Assembly (NCBI GenBank): GCA_043228905.1
Contig: JBHGNT010000007.1
Location: 6,138,001 to 6,202,000 of the forward strand
DNA length: 64,000 nt
Source of the DNA: Azolla caroliniana
Lineage: Eukaryota; Plantae; Polypodiophyta
Direction: 5' to 3'
This document shows, piece after piece, positions 50,058-63,202 of the stretch; positions within the stretch are counted from its first letter, which is position 1; every line of letters begins with the position of its first letter. The notes below the pieces were generated by a model. The model worked only from the letters and a program-made list of their open reading frames with translations, was not told where the DNA came from and searched no databases. The position numbers and the translations under genes are program-made.

Positions 50058-50087
50058 GACATATTACCTGTTTCAAATGACCCGGTG
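50058..50087 (-). repeat. Right TIR
   Basis: GACATATTACCTGTTTCAAATGACCCGGTG. Confidence 0.95.
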
Positions 50088-50462
50088 TTACCGGGTTCCA
50101 AGCCAGATAGATACTGCTCTTGTTGTTGCAGTAAAGGGAAGTCGGATCCTTGATGGGTACGCCCAAATCCTTCAAAATCCTCTTGAGCCATACGACTTCA
50201 CACGCAGCTACGATTGCACCCCTGTATTCCACCTCCATACTCAAAAGAGTGACGGTAGGCCGCTCCTTGCTACTCCAGGATATTTCTCCGCTACCGAGGG
50301 AGAAAACAAATCCGGAGGTTGATCTTCTATCGGCTTTGTAGCCGGCCCAATCGGCGTCGGTGTACCCCTCGAGTCGTATTGGCATCGCGGTCTTGTAGAG
50401 AATGCCGCAATCCATTGTGCCACTTACGTATCGTAGAACTCGCTTAGCGCAATCCAAGTGAG
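50088..50462 (-). pseudogene. Copia RT-end/RNase H fragment (probably Copia-5)
   Basis: AKRVLRYV..GYTDADWAG..RRSTSG..LYCNNKSSIYLA.NPV, cut by the TIR. Confidence 0.85.
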
Positions 50463-52249
50463 TATCACGAAGGGAGCCGTTTCCCTCATTAACTTCCTAC
50501 CTACCGAATCTAACTACCTAGGATATACCCTTGTACCTAATTCTCTGTTATACACATTAAAGGGCGCGCACACGTGAAGAGCCGGTTCACGCGCGTTATG
50601 CACCGATTGCGCTAAGGGACGGTTTTCTTCACGACATCCTCCCCCACCTAACCGCGTATCCACCGGTATGCGCCAAAATTGGGTTCTGGTTGGAGAAAAC
50701 CGGCCCGGGTTCCGGTTCCTCGTCCATCGGTTCGTCCTCCGTTTCGGACGGTTTGTCGTTGCTGTCCAGGCCTCTTAGATCCGGTTCGCCATCGTGGCGC
50801 TTCTTGCACGCTTTGATCCGCTTCCCTACTACCGGTATCGCCATCCATGTACCGTCGAGTTCCGCCAGGTGATACATCCCGTTGTCGTTGGCACTCGTTA
50901 CCACGTAAGGCCCGAACCAACGCTTTGCAAACTTCCATGTTGCCCGGTGCTGGTTGTCGAGGTTGTTGTCGTAGACTAGCACCCAGTCGTCTTCCTCGAT
51001 TTTCTTTGGTCAGAGTCAGTGAGTTCGGTCGAACCGGGCTTTGTTCCTCATCCTCGCCGTCCGAAGTCTTTCCGCCGCTCGTTCCACGTCCTCTGGCCTC
51101 TGCTCGAGCTGCCGTATACGCGCCGCTAGCAGTTCTTCCCAGCTCATCTCGTCTCTCCAGTCCACTGTCGCCCAAGAGGAGATCGTCTGTTCCATCGGCA
51201 TGATCGGCTTCTGCCCGAACATGAGCTCTGACAGCATGAACCCGGTTACCGAACTGTGCGTTGTCCGGTCCGCCCACAAGGCATAAGGTAACAGTCGTGG
51301 CCAGTTCCCGACGTGGCCTCCGCACGCCCGGACTAGCGCTTTGACGATCGGTCTGTGTCCGCACTCCACCTTCCCGTTCCCCTCCGGATTGTACGCTTTG
51401 GTGAGCGAGAGCTTGACCCCTAACCTCGAACAGCTCCTCGGGCTCTTCGGCGTCCAACTCCCCGCGGTCAGCCACGATCTTCCCGACGCACCCGTACCGG
51501 CATATCACGTCCTTGATCAGGAACCGACACACGGCCGCGGTCGTTTTGTTCTGCAGGGCTTGGCCTTCCACCTGGTTCGTCTGGTCCTCCCGGGCTAGCA
51601 CTAGATATCGCATCTGCCCTACGCCCATCGGCATCGTCACCAAATCTACCATCCATTTGAAGTGGATGGCTGGAGGGTATGTAGGGTGAAGCTCGTCCCA
51701 ATGTCGGACTATGGAGTGTATCTGACAGCTCTCACAAGTTGACAACGAACCGATGCACGTCCCGGTACAGTCCCGGCCACCAGTACTTCCTGAAGAAAAA
51801 CAGTGCTCGGCCACAACCGATGAATAGGATCAACTTTCAGAAAACAGGAAATACAAAATGCACGAAGTACAATAGAGAGAAGAGTACACAGGATGTTTTA
51901 CATGGAAAACCCTAACTGGGGAAAAAACCACGGGAGTCCTCAAACTCCAACTATCACTATAGACAGAGATGTACAATGGTGAAGCTACAAGGCAACAACC
52001 TTGAGCTCACTGTCTTCGCCACAGGCGGCGGCAGTACACAGAGGCAACGACCTCTTCGTCTCTCTCTCTCTCTCTCTCTCTCGGCTACTCACTTTTCTCT
52101 CTCTCAAAATGAGCAACAACATAAACTGTTTGCCCTAAGTCATATTTATACACATATGACTTTCGGGCTATTTACAAATATAGCCTCAAGGGCTCTTAGC
52201 AAAACATATTCACAAATATGTCCCCGCATCCGGATCTCTCTCCGGGTAC

Positions 52250-52385
52250 ATTCGTCATCCGGCTCCGAAACCGGGGTCTTCATCATCCGGCTTCGTAACC
52301 GGGGTCTTCATCATCCGGCTCCGTAACCGGGGTCTTCATCATCCGGCTCCGTAGCCGGGGTCTTCATCATCCGGCTCTGTAACCG
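52250..52385 (-). repeat. 28-bp tandem repeat (4 full copies) in Copia-6 U3; also at ~57026-57160
   Basis: CCGGGGTCTTCATCATCCGGCTCCGTAA units. Confidence 0.9.
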
Positions 52386-52458
52386 CAACCGGGCTTGCCT
52401 TCATTTATCTCCGGGGACATCCCATCCGGAGGGACCGAAATCCCAACAAACTCCCCCT

Positions 52459-55400
52459 TCACTTCGGCATGGGATGTCTCTCCAATCCAATCCTCTTCCG
52501 GCATGCTTCCAACTTGTCGGGTGTGCGCACTTTGGTCAGCATATCTGAGCCGTTCTCATCCGTGTGGATCTTCGTCAGCACGAACTCCTGGTCTTCTATC
52601 CTTTCCCGGATCCAGTGATATCTTCGCTGGATGTGCTTCGTCCGGGAGTGATAGGCCGCGTTCTTCGCAAGGTGGATGGCACTCTGACTGTCACAGTAGA
52701 GTCGGTACTCCTCCTGCCGGATACCGAGCTCTCTAATGAAGTCCTTCATCCATATCATTTCCTTGCCGGCTTCAACAGCCGCCATGTACTCCGCCTCCGT
52801 GGTTGACAACGCAACCGTCTCCTGCAGCCTCGACTGCCATGAAACAGCTCCCCCTGCATACGTCATCACATACCCTGATGTGGACCGGCTGGTATCTGCA
52901 TCAGCTGACATATCCGAATCGGTAAAGCCGTCGAGTTCGGGCTTACCGGAGCCGAATCGAAGGCATACGTTTGTCGTGCCCTTCAGGTATCGCAGTATCC
53001 ACTTGACCGCGTTCCAGTGTTCTTTGCCGGGATTGCTCATGTACCGGCTCACCACTCCGACTGCATATCCTATGTCCGGTCCTGTACACACCATTGCGTA
53101 CATCAAGCTTCTGACGGCAGAGGCATATGGTACTTTCATCATGTCCTCTTTCTGAGCCTTTGTCTTGGGGCTTTGCTTGCTGGACAGCTTGCAGTTTGCC
53201 GGGAGGGTTGATCCGATCGGTCTTGCTTCCGACATGTTGAACCGGTGAAGCACCTTTGTTACGTACTTCTCCTGTGACAACCACAACTGCTTCTTCTTCC
53301 GGTCTCGGATGATGTGCATCCCTAGTATTTGCCTCGCCGGACCCAGGTCCTTCATTGAGAAGGTTCGGTGAAGTGCTTTCTTCAGCATCCGTATCTTGCC
53401 CTGGTCCCGTCCGACGATCAACATGTCGTCCACGTACAGGAGGAGTATTAGAGAGTCTCCTCCTTCGAACTTCTTCACAAACACGCAGTGATCGGACTGC
53501 GTTTTGTGGTACCCTTCGTCGGTCATGAAGGAGTCGAACTTCCGGTACCATTGCCGGGGAGCCTGCTTCAGTCCGTAAAGGCTCTTCTTCAACCGGCATA
53601 CCAGGTGCTCCTTCCCTTTCTTCTCGAATCCTTCCGGTTGCTGCATGTAGATCTCTTCTTCGAGGTCACCGTGAAGGAATGCCGTCTTCACGTCCATCTG
53701 TTCTACCTCGAGGTCCATGCTTGCCGCTATGCTCAGCACCGTCCGGATGGAGGTCATCTTCACTACCGGGGCAAATATCTCGTCGAAGTCGACGCCCTTC
53801 TTCTGCTGAAACCCCTTCACCACGATCCTGGCTTTGTATCTCGGGGGGTTTCCGGCATCTCCCGGTTTCAGCTTGAACACCCACTTGTTACGGAGTGCCC
53901 GTTTTCCTTTCGGCAACTCCACAAGTTCATATGTGTGGTTCTCATGCAGGGAATCAATCTCCTCCTGCATGGCACTTAACCACCTGCGGCTATGGGTGTC
54001 ATGATTCGCTTCTTCAAAGCTCTCCGGCTCCCCCTCGTCGGTTAGCAGCACGTGCTCTGGTTCCGGAAATCTCCGGGGAGCCCTTCTCTCTCTTAGAGGA
54101 TATCTCCGTTCCGGAGCTTCGGTAACCGGTTCTTCCGATTCTTCTTCATCCGAATCCATTTCGGAATCGGGGCCGGTTCCGGTATCATTTTCATCTTCTT
54201 CGGCCGGTTCTGTTTCTTCACCGTCTTCGGCCGGATCTTCGAGTGTTAACCGGTCCCTTGCCGGTCGGGACTGCTCCTCGTAGAGTTTATCCTCACCGGT
54301 CGACTTGGAGCTCTTCATCTTCTTCTCCGACTCCCAGTCGGTGAGTGTCTTGTTCTCCATGAAGATGATATCACGACTCCGGAATATCTTCTTGTCGACC
54401 GGGTCCCATACTCGGTAGCCGAACTCGTCGTCGCCGTAACCAAGGAATATGCATGGCCGGGTCTTTGGGTCTAGCTTTCCTCTCCGGTCCTTTGCCACAT
54501 GCACATATGCGAGACACCCGAACACCTTCAGATGCCGGTAGGATACTTCCCTACCGGTCCACACTCTCTGCGGCGTGTCTCCGTCCAAAGGCACTGAGGG
54601 TGATCTGTTTATCACGTATGTCGCCGTCGACATCGCCTCAGCCCAAAACCCCTTGGGTAATTCCGCATGTGCCAGCATACTCCGGACCCTCTCCATTATG
54701 GTCCGGTTCATCCTCTCGGCCAGCCCGTTCAGTTCCGGCGTCTTCGGCACAGTAAACTCGAGCCGGATTCCCTTCGAGCGACAGTACTCCGCGAACTGCC
54801 CCGGTATTCCCCTCCGTTATCCGCTCGTATCGCTTTCAGCTTCTTGCCGGATTCCCTTTCCACTCTTGCGTGGAGTTCTTTGAAGACGCACAACACTTGG
54901 TCCTTTGTCTTCAACGGTGCCGTCCACAGTTTTCGGCTATGGTCATCTATGAATGTCACGAAGTACTGGGCTCCGCCATGTGACTTCGTTTCTACTTGAC
55001 ACACGTCAGTGTGCACCAACTCCAATGGTGCGCTACGTCTCGTCGGTGGCCTTGAGTGGAAGGAGGTTCGGTTTTGCTTACCGGCCAGACAGTTGATACA
55101 CTTCCCCAAGTGTACATGCTTTACCGGTATCAGGTTGTCTTCGGCAAGCCTCTTCATCCCCTTCTCGCTCATGTGGCACAGTCTCTTGTGCCATAGCTCA
55201 CCGGCAGTGTCAGTTGCCACGTTCAGCTCCTCCGGACATAGCCGGGAATTCATCAGGTACAGTGTGTTGATCTTCCGGGCCCGAGCCACTATCAGGCTCC
55301 CTTTGCTAAACTTCATGACACCGTTCCGGATGCTACCTGTGTAGCCTTCATCGTCTAGCCTCCCGGCCGAAATCAGGTTCAATCGAACCTCCGGAACGTG

Positions 55401-56531
55401 TCGAACATCCTTCAGCAGCATTTTGCATCCGGTCGAGGTTGTCAACCACACATCTCCTATGCCGGCAATCCGGCACGTACCTTCATTTCCCATCCGAACA
55501 CAGCCATGCTCACCGGCTGTGTAGGATGAGAAGTATCTTCTCTCCGGGGTCAGGAGGAACGATGCTCCGGAATCGACCACCCAGGTCGTCTCATCGCCGG
55601 CAATGTTTAGTTCACCTTCTTCGGTGATGAGCATGATTTCTTCCTCACTTGCCGCGAGTGCCGTCGTTCCTTTCCGGTCCTACCCTCGCCGATCCGGACC
55701 TCTCCGGTCCGTGGCTCCCCGGTATGCACCGTTTCTCTCCGGTGACTTCTTCGGGTCGGTGTCGTCGGCTCCGTTGTCCTTTCGGTAATGCCGACAATTC
55801 TTTCGGAAGTGCCCCGGCTTCCCACAGTGGAAGCATGTGGGTCTTCCTCTTGACTGCGACCGGGTCCCCGACTTCTCCCGTCTTTGCGGACTCCGGTTCC
55901 ATTGTCTTCCCCGTTCCGATTCGGTAAGCAGCGCCTTCGAGTCGGAGGCCGGTTCTTTATCTCTCCGACGCGCTTCTTCGTTCAAAATGCTTGTCTTTAC
56001 CGTTTGTAGAGACAAGTTATCTTCGGTGCAGGAGGTGCTGAGAGTCACCACCAAGTTCTCCCAGCTTTCCGGCAATGTACACATCAGAATGATGGCTTGC
56101 ATTGCATCCTCCAACGGGAACTTGATCGCCGCAAGCTGGTTCACAAATCCCATGAACGTGCTCACGTGTTCAACCATATTCTCGCCGTCCCGGTACTTGA
56201 GGTTCACTATCTTCCTCATCAGGGAGGTCCGGTTCAACGCATTCTTCCTCTCGTAGAGGCCCGACAGCTTCTTCCACATCTCATATGCGTTGGTGTCATT
56301 CGCCACATGTTGTAGAACGCTTACATCGACATATTGCCGGATCATCGCTACGGCTTTCCGGTTCAGGAGCTTCCACTCCGACTCTATTACCCCCTTGGGT
56401 ATCTCGGCATTGTCGATCGGTTCATACAGGTCTCGGACGATGAGAAGGTCTTCCATCTTTATCTTCCAGTCGGCGTAGTTATGTGAGTTCAACACCATCA
56501 TGCCCGGAGGCCCACTACCGCCGCCTTCCAT
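52459..56531 (-). pseudogene. Copia-6 gag-pol, near intact (two frameshifts, ~55690 and ~54800)
   Basis: ORFs 55680-56588, 54729-55634 and 52459-54750 cover gag, knuckle, PR, INT, RT and RH. Confidence 0.95.
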
Positions 56532-56829
56532 TTTCTGTGTTAACCGTGCTCTGATACCAGTTTGAAGAAAAACAGTGCTCGGCCACAACCGATGAATAGG
56601 ATCAACTTTCAGAAAACAGGAAATACAAAATGCACGAAGTACAATAGAGAGAAGAGTACACAGGATGTTTTACGTGGAAAACCCTAACTGGGGAAAAAAC
56701 CACGGGAGTCCTCAAACTCCAACTATCACTATAGACAGAGATGTACAATGGTGAAGCTACAAGGCAACAACCTTGAGCTCACTGTCTTCGCCACAGGCGG
56801 CGGCAGTACACAGAGGCAACGACCTCTTC

Positions 56830-56860
<31 letters not shown>

Positions 56861-59800
56861 CTACTCACTTTTCTCTCTCTCAAAATGAGCAACAACATAA
56901 ACTGTTTGCCCTAAGTCATATTTATACACATATGACTTTCGGGCTATTTACAAATATAGCCTCAAGGGCTCTTAGCAAAACATATTCACAAATATGTCCC
57001 CGCATCCGGATCTCTCTCCGGGTACATTCGTCATCCGGCTCCGAAACCGGGGTCTTCATCATCCAGCTCCGTAACCGGGGTCTTCATCATCCGGCTCCGT
57101 AACCGGGGTCTTCATCATCCGGCTCCGTAGCCGGGGTCTTCATCATCCGGCTCCGTAACCGCAACCGGGCTTGCCGTCATTTATCTCCGGGGACATCCCA
57201 TCCGGAGGGACCGAAATCCCAACACTTCCCCTTTAGTTTCTCGAACTTGGCCCACGTCCCACGGTGTCCAGTCCAGGGGCTGTCGTGGTAGGCCTTCAGC
57301 AACTCCTCCTGTTCCTCCTCCATCGCCACTACTCGGAGCGGGATGCCGTTTCTCTTCTTCGGGTGCTTCCTCAAGTATCTGTTCCGGAGAAAGAATCGGT
57401 ATGCTTTCTTCCGGATCTGGTTGGCCTCGTTCTTTGTCCATGACGCGTCTGGCGTCATCGTCCTTAAGAATCCCCCAATCTGCAACCACTCCCCGTCGTA
57501 CTTGCTCTCGTTGAAGTCGTTAAGCGCCAGAGTGCTCCCCCCTTCGGTTGTTACGTAAGCCGCCTCGAAGAAGTCCACGCCAACTTCCTCGTCCTCCGAA
57601 ACCATGCCGCCCTTGTCATCAAATCGCGCCCTCGAAAGCATGTCGGCCATGGCATTGTCTTTCCCGGAAATGTGTCGTATTTCCGGTTCCAGGGACTTGA
57701 TGTACGCTATCCACCTGAGCATTGCCAGGTCCGGGGTTGCGCATCCGGAAACCATGCCGAGAATCGGCAGGAAGTCCGTCTTGATAATCACCTCTGTCCC
57801 GATCAGATAATCTTTATCGGCCTTCACCGCCGAAACGATACCCCAGAGTTTGCGTTTAACTTGGGCGTATCCTCGCTGTCGCTCGTTGAGGACCTTCGCG
57901 CCGAACCGGATTGGGAACCGAATGCCGTCCTCATCTTCTTGGTTGACGACCCATCCGATCCCGGTCGGACTTGTATCTACCGTTATGTAGATGGGAGTGC
58001 CTTTCTCGTAGACAGCCTTCCGGAGTGCCGGAGCTGTAGCAAGAGCCTCCTTCATCTTTCGAACCAACTCCGTATGCTCGTCTCGCCACTCGAATTTTCG
58101 CCCCTTTTTCAGCAACCCGTATAGTGGCTCGGCAATGTGGGCATAATGCGGGATCCATATGTGGTAGAACGCGCATGCTCCCAAGAACCTCCGTACCTCC
58201 GTGACCGAGTTACAGTCGGGCTTCATTGCGGAGATGGCTTCCACCTTAGCCGGAGACGGTTTCCAGCCATACGGTCCGCATAGATGTCCGACGACCATGA
58301 TCTCTGATTGCCCAAAGGCCGATTTCTCCTCGGAGAAGGTGAGCCTCGCGTCCTCTAGCCTCTACAGCACCCTCTTGCAGTCGTCAATGTGTGTCGCCAC
58401 GAATTTCCGGCATCCGACTGGTCCGATCGTTTCGTCCCTTTTCTCCACCGGACATCCTTTGATCGGGATCTCGTCCAAGAATGGCATGGTGATGTCCGGG
58501 ATACAATCCCTCAACACCTTGTTCATCGCATTCACCATGTGGGCCACCGAGTTCGTCCCTCCTTGTGGCAGGGTACACATCCGCACTAGGCCGAGAGGAG
58601 TCTGCATCGTCGTAATGTCTCTGCTCTCCACGGCTAGTTGGAACTGATCGTACCCCGAGTACAAATCACCGACCGAGTAGATCGACCTTCCGGCGAAGGC
58701 CTCCGTGAACTCGTCTATCGTTGGTCCGATTCTTGCGTTCTGAATGGTCACTTTGTTGACCGGTTGCAGGTCTTGAATGAAGCGCAACGTCTCGTTCTTC
58801 TTCGGTACGGTAAACCACCGGTTCGAGTACAGGGCACTCGACGGTTCGAGGATGCCCATATCGACTTTCTGCGTCAACAGCTCCATCAGCTCCGGGATGT
58901 GAGCTCTCGGTACCGGAATTGGTTTGAGATTCCACGGCACATGCGGTACCGTGAATATCACCATCGGCTTCACGACTGTGGGGTCTTCGCACCCGATCTC
59001 TTCCAGTGAGAATGCGAAGGCTTTCCCGTGCCTTCCGAGCATTCTCCGAAACCGGTCTTCTTCCGCCGGCAGTAGGAACCCGCCCCCACTGATTTTGAGC
59101 TCCCGTAGCGTTCTGTCGGTGAAGGTGTGTCCTATGCAGGCCGGATCTCGTAAACTGGGTTCCGACGCGACCCCCTTTATTCGCAACTCGCTACCCTCCG
59201 GTAAGGGTGCCGCGACTAGCCTTACCTTCCAGTCCACAATCTTGTACTTCGTGTTAACCCGGGCCGTCCGATCCGACTCGAGCCCCCGACTGAAGTCCGC
59301 GATGACTTCGTACATCTCTTCTGAACAAACCGGTATTGTCCGGTCCTCTTTAAGGCCCTCTCCGACCACCTCTCGCAATATTCCCAAGGTATCGTCGAAG
59401 GAGACCGCCTCCACGGCTCCGTTGATTTCCTCGTTGGGCCTGAGAACTCCGCACGTCCGAAGTCGCTCTTCCGCCCTTGTCTTTTCTCAGCCAACGACGC
59501 CGACTATCGTACACCCTGCGTTGTTGGAGAAACAAAACTTCCTACTTATGGTACAAGGTTTCTTCGATTTCGTCTCTATCGTAAATTTGTGGGGTTTTCC
59601 CGGAGTGTCCGGACTATCGCGGCCCCACGCCTTGATAGCCCTCTCTAAAAATCCTCTCAGTTCTCGCCACCGAGGGACTCGCGGTTTTGCTCGTGGTTCG
59701 GTCGCACCGTTAGGAACTGGACCGAATGACGCCCGTCCTGACTCTTGACCCTCGCGTAAGCCGACCCGTTGTCCAGCACCTTGGTCTCCATCCGCGCTGC

Positions 59801-62343
59801 CATAATGTATGGTTCTCCCAGTATGACCGGGTGCGAGGACGTCTCCTGCACAAAGAAGTGCTGGTCTATCTCGACGTCTCCGATCTTGACTCGCACGTTT
59901 GGGCAGGCCCCGTGTAGTTCCTCGGTGGCGCGCGTCGCCGCCCGTATCTTCCATCCCTGCTTGGTGTTGATCGGCCATTTCCCCTTCTTGTAGAAGTCCA
60001 TGGACATCAGGTTATTTCCAAACCGTGGTCCACCAGCGCCACCACCGGTTCCTGAACATCTCCGATCTTCACCAGGGTTTCCGTGGTTGCTCGGGCCTAG
60101 TGTGGCCTCGAATAGTTGCTCTTTGCCCACTCGTCTTCCAGCTCCATGTCCTCTATGTGCGTCGTCCGCACCTCCACCAGCCTTTCCGGTTCTGTCTCCG
60201 TCGACAGCCTCTTCCTCTTCACCAAGTCTACGATGGAGTCGTGGAACTCCTTCTTGGCGATTCCGAGCACCTCCCGCAACGACAGTTCCACCTTGTTGTC
60301 GAGGATTCGTTCTTCCAGGACCTTTCGTAGGTCCGTGGTCCTTTCGATCTCCGTGCCCAACCGGTATCCGCCCTTCTTGTGGTTATCCCGGGCACTGGTC
60401 TCACCGGCCTCATTCCGTTTCGGCCCGAATCTGGTTTCGTATCTCTACGAGGGTCCGGCCCCTCTGGTTTTACCTACCCGTTTGTCTTCAACTAGAGCCT
60501 CGTAGTTCTGGCAAGCTGCTTTGATGAAACCCGTCTTTTCTTCGACCGGGTCACTCCACCCGGTTACCTCCTGGACCCGCTTCTCCGCGCGGTCCGCCTC
60601 GTCTTTCCTTGGTCGGGCACCGGCGAGGCCGTCCAGCATCGTCGGCCAGAACCCAGCTTTGCTCTCCTTCGGGCCTCACTGCCTCCGACCCGAATACCGG
60701 CTGACGCCGAGTAGTGGATGATCTCCGCGTGTCGGGCCGCCGCCTCTTCCATCAGACTTTTCATTCCTCCTCGCCCGTTGTTTCGGTTCAGGGCCCTTCG
60801 GGTATCGCTCTCGTGCACCCGACCTTCCCACAGGTACACTACTCGGCTTCTCAAAGCCTCCGCAAAGTCCCCACAGTCTTTCCGGATGTGGCCAACCTCG
60901 TCGCACCACATGCACCTATTTCCTGCGGGAGGCCGTCGGTCACGAGCCTGTTCGCCGCCTTCCCTCCGAGCCTGGGCGATATGGAGATCCTTTACCGCCC
61001 GTGTCAACTCCTCCAAAGCTGTTCCCCCGAACGAGCCTCTGACCACGCCGGTTGAAGCCGAACCGGTTTGAAGCCACTCCCGGGTCTCTTCCCTTCGCGC
61101 CTATGGTATCGGTTCGAGCTTCCTTGCTGCAACAGGATCCGCCCCGGTCGCCCCTGTATCAACCCACTCCCACCGTTTGTCAAAACGGCCGCAAACTCTT
61201 TTTGCCGCGGCCTAGTCGGCCGTCAGCTCGTCTTCGGTTTCCAGTAAGGAGCCCACTTGCTCCCGATCCCGTGCATCAACCGATTTGACAAACAGTAGGA
61301 CACGACTTGTGTCCAGAATGGTCCGATCGAGCGCCGAAAGGCGCACATAGCGTTCCTCAAACTCTCGGAGGAGTACCGACGCATTTCATCCTTTGTTGGG
61401 GGACTCTACCCACTCCATGAAGCCCCGCTTCGAAAGTCGAAGCGCGTCATCCAACCTGTATTTCTCCAGGAGCCGTCCTTTGAACTCCTCCCAGGTCCGG
61501 CTCTCCGCCCGGACCTCGAGCACCTTCGCATGGATGCCCGGCATCGTCACTCTAGGGAATCCGGCAAGACGCCTCTCTTCCGGAATATCCCTCATCAACA
61601 TCTCTGCCCGGTAGGACGCCAAATAACTCGTGGCATCCTTTCCACTGAACCGGCCGATCGCCTCAATAGCCCTGTCAAGGGCGCCGGTGCCCTCACGCGC
61701 GCTCACTATCCGGTCCACGGCCGAAGCCATGGCCTCTGCAAGATCCGACCCCCTCATCTTCTGCTCCTTTGCCGCCTTGTTCACGTCGGGTTCACCAAAG
61801 ATGTCGCGTTACTACGCGCGTGCGTGGAGAACAAGGCGGGACCACCAGGGTCTCGAACCAAAGAGCAGGTGATAGAAGGGGAAAGAGAAAGAGAGAGACG
61901 CTCGGTTACGTATGAGCAAAGAAACTCAGGGACACGGCCATGTCAACGCAGAAGACACGAATGTTTGTATATTAATGAATGACAAATAAACAAATATGAC
62001 ACGCGAGCGGTTACAACCGAACAGGCCGGCGAACAGATGTCAATGCCTGCTCGTCTGCGCACGAAAGGGGGATAGGATGGAGGTGCTGCCGGAAGCACTC
62101 GAGCGTTCCTCGAAGCAGCGCGAGCCTCTCGAAAACCTGCAGAGAAGAGCGATGGAGAACGAACAGAGGAGAAGCATTCGGTTACCGTCCGACAGCACTT
62201 CGTCCTCCTCAATAATATAATGCCCCCCATCTCCCCGCGTCTCCCTCTCTTTTATAGCTTCAAGAAGGGCCAGTTCACGTGTGAAGAGCCGGTTCACGCG
62301 CGCTATGCACCGATTGCGCTAAGGGACGGTTTTCTTCACGACA

Positions 62344-62786
62344 ACGTGGAAACCCTAAAACAAGGAAAACCACGGGTGAACAGAAACTTCACTATACAAA
62401 TAGTGGATATACACCGCTGAGAAGGTTACAACACTTTGTCGAGTGTATCAGCCGCATAGGGCTCTTCACGTCTGCTATTACACAGCTATGGCGCGGCTCA
62501 CACTTCTTCTCTCTCACTCTCTCTCTCTCTCTCTCTGTTTCTAGAGTTCTAACTCTGTTCATCACAAACACACTCTGCACACACATCACATAAAGTTTGC
62601 CCTAGTTGCATATATACTTACACAACTTTCCGGTTTATTTACATACGTAGCCCTCATGGGGCTCACTTAGACTATTTACAGACATAGTCTCCCGAGTTGG
62701 CTATTTACACAATTTCGGATTCGGCCGAGGCCCAGTCCCTCATCAACTCGGCTCCTGTAGTCCCACTGGAGGGACATATCCCAACC
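62344..62786 (-). repeat. Copia-4 5' LTR remnant
   Basis: Homologous to 31560-32017; followed by TSD CTTTC. Confidence 0.85.
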
Positions 62787-62791
62787 CTTTC

Positions 62792-63202
62792 CTCCTCTTT
62801 TTTCGGCGTGGACGGTCTTCCCTCCTCCTTCGAAGGCTCGTGTGGCGGTGTCAGAGGTTGATCCACCTCGTGCCTTCCTGAAGCTTCCAGTTCTGTTATC
62901 GCCGGTTCCAGTGTCGGTATATTATCCGATTCCTCGTCCTCCGGTCCGTCTGGGGTGTCATGACTGCTACAGTAATTCGAATGTGCGTTGTACTCAGCAT
63001 CCGTATCCGATTCAAACGCCGAAAATGGTTCCGAATCGCCTTCTCCTGCTGCTAATGCCTGTAGGATGGATTCTGCTTCCTTTAGAGTACATAAACTGCT
63101 TCCTTCGTTTGGATGGGAATTTTGCTGCAAACAGAGTGACTCTGCAGCCACTCGTCGGATCACCTTTGAAAAGGATCGATCCGCGTGGATTTCTTCTGCC
63201 AC
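62792..63202 (-). pseudogene. Gypsy-H gag N-terminal part
   Basis: Joining across the CTTTC TSD gives the in-frame peptide PKKEEER|PPTLSPPARVPTLDNDMPFQYP. Confidence 0.75.

Larger units (their letters stand above)
42340..50087. mobile_element. TIR DNA transposon (Sola1-like) carrying a transposase and a ParB-DNA methyltransferase gene
   Basis: Perfect 30-bp TIRs; AT-rich interior with two divergent genes; no intact TSD. Confidence 0.88.
51791..57224 (-). mobile_element. Full-length young Ty1/Copia element (Copia-6), TSD CTTCC
   Basis: LTRs 51791-52448 and 56563-57224 (about 5 substitutions counted by eye), Met PBS 56548-56559, PPT at 52451, CTTCC at 51786-51790 and 57225-57229. Confidence 0.97.
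50465..62343 (-). mobile_element. tRNA-Trp-primed Gypsy element (Trp-G3), split by Copia-6
   Basis: 5' LTR 61802-62343, Trp PBS ~61781-61797, gag-PR-RT-RH 61784-57230, INT 51790-50690, truncated 3' LTR ~50465-50636. Confidence 0.93.
31230..62786 (-). mobile_element. Ty1/Copia element (Copia-4), TSD CTTTC, hosting ~28 kb of nested DNA
   Basis: CTTTC at 31225-31229 and 62787-62791; 3' LTR 31450-32017 with PPT; pol 32030-34156; 5' LTR remnant 62344-62786. Confidence 0.8.

Noticed and set aside
42340-50087. Bacterial or phage contamination, or a restriction-modification system
   Set aside because: GT-AG introns, a eukaryote-type transposase, TIRs and nesting within plant retroelements; no endonuclease partner seen.
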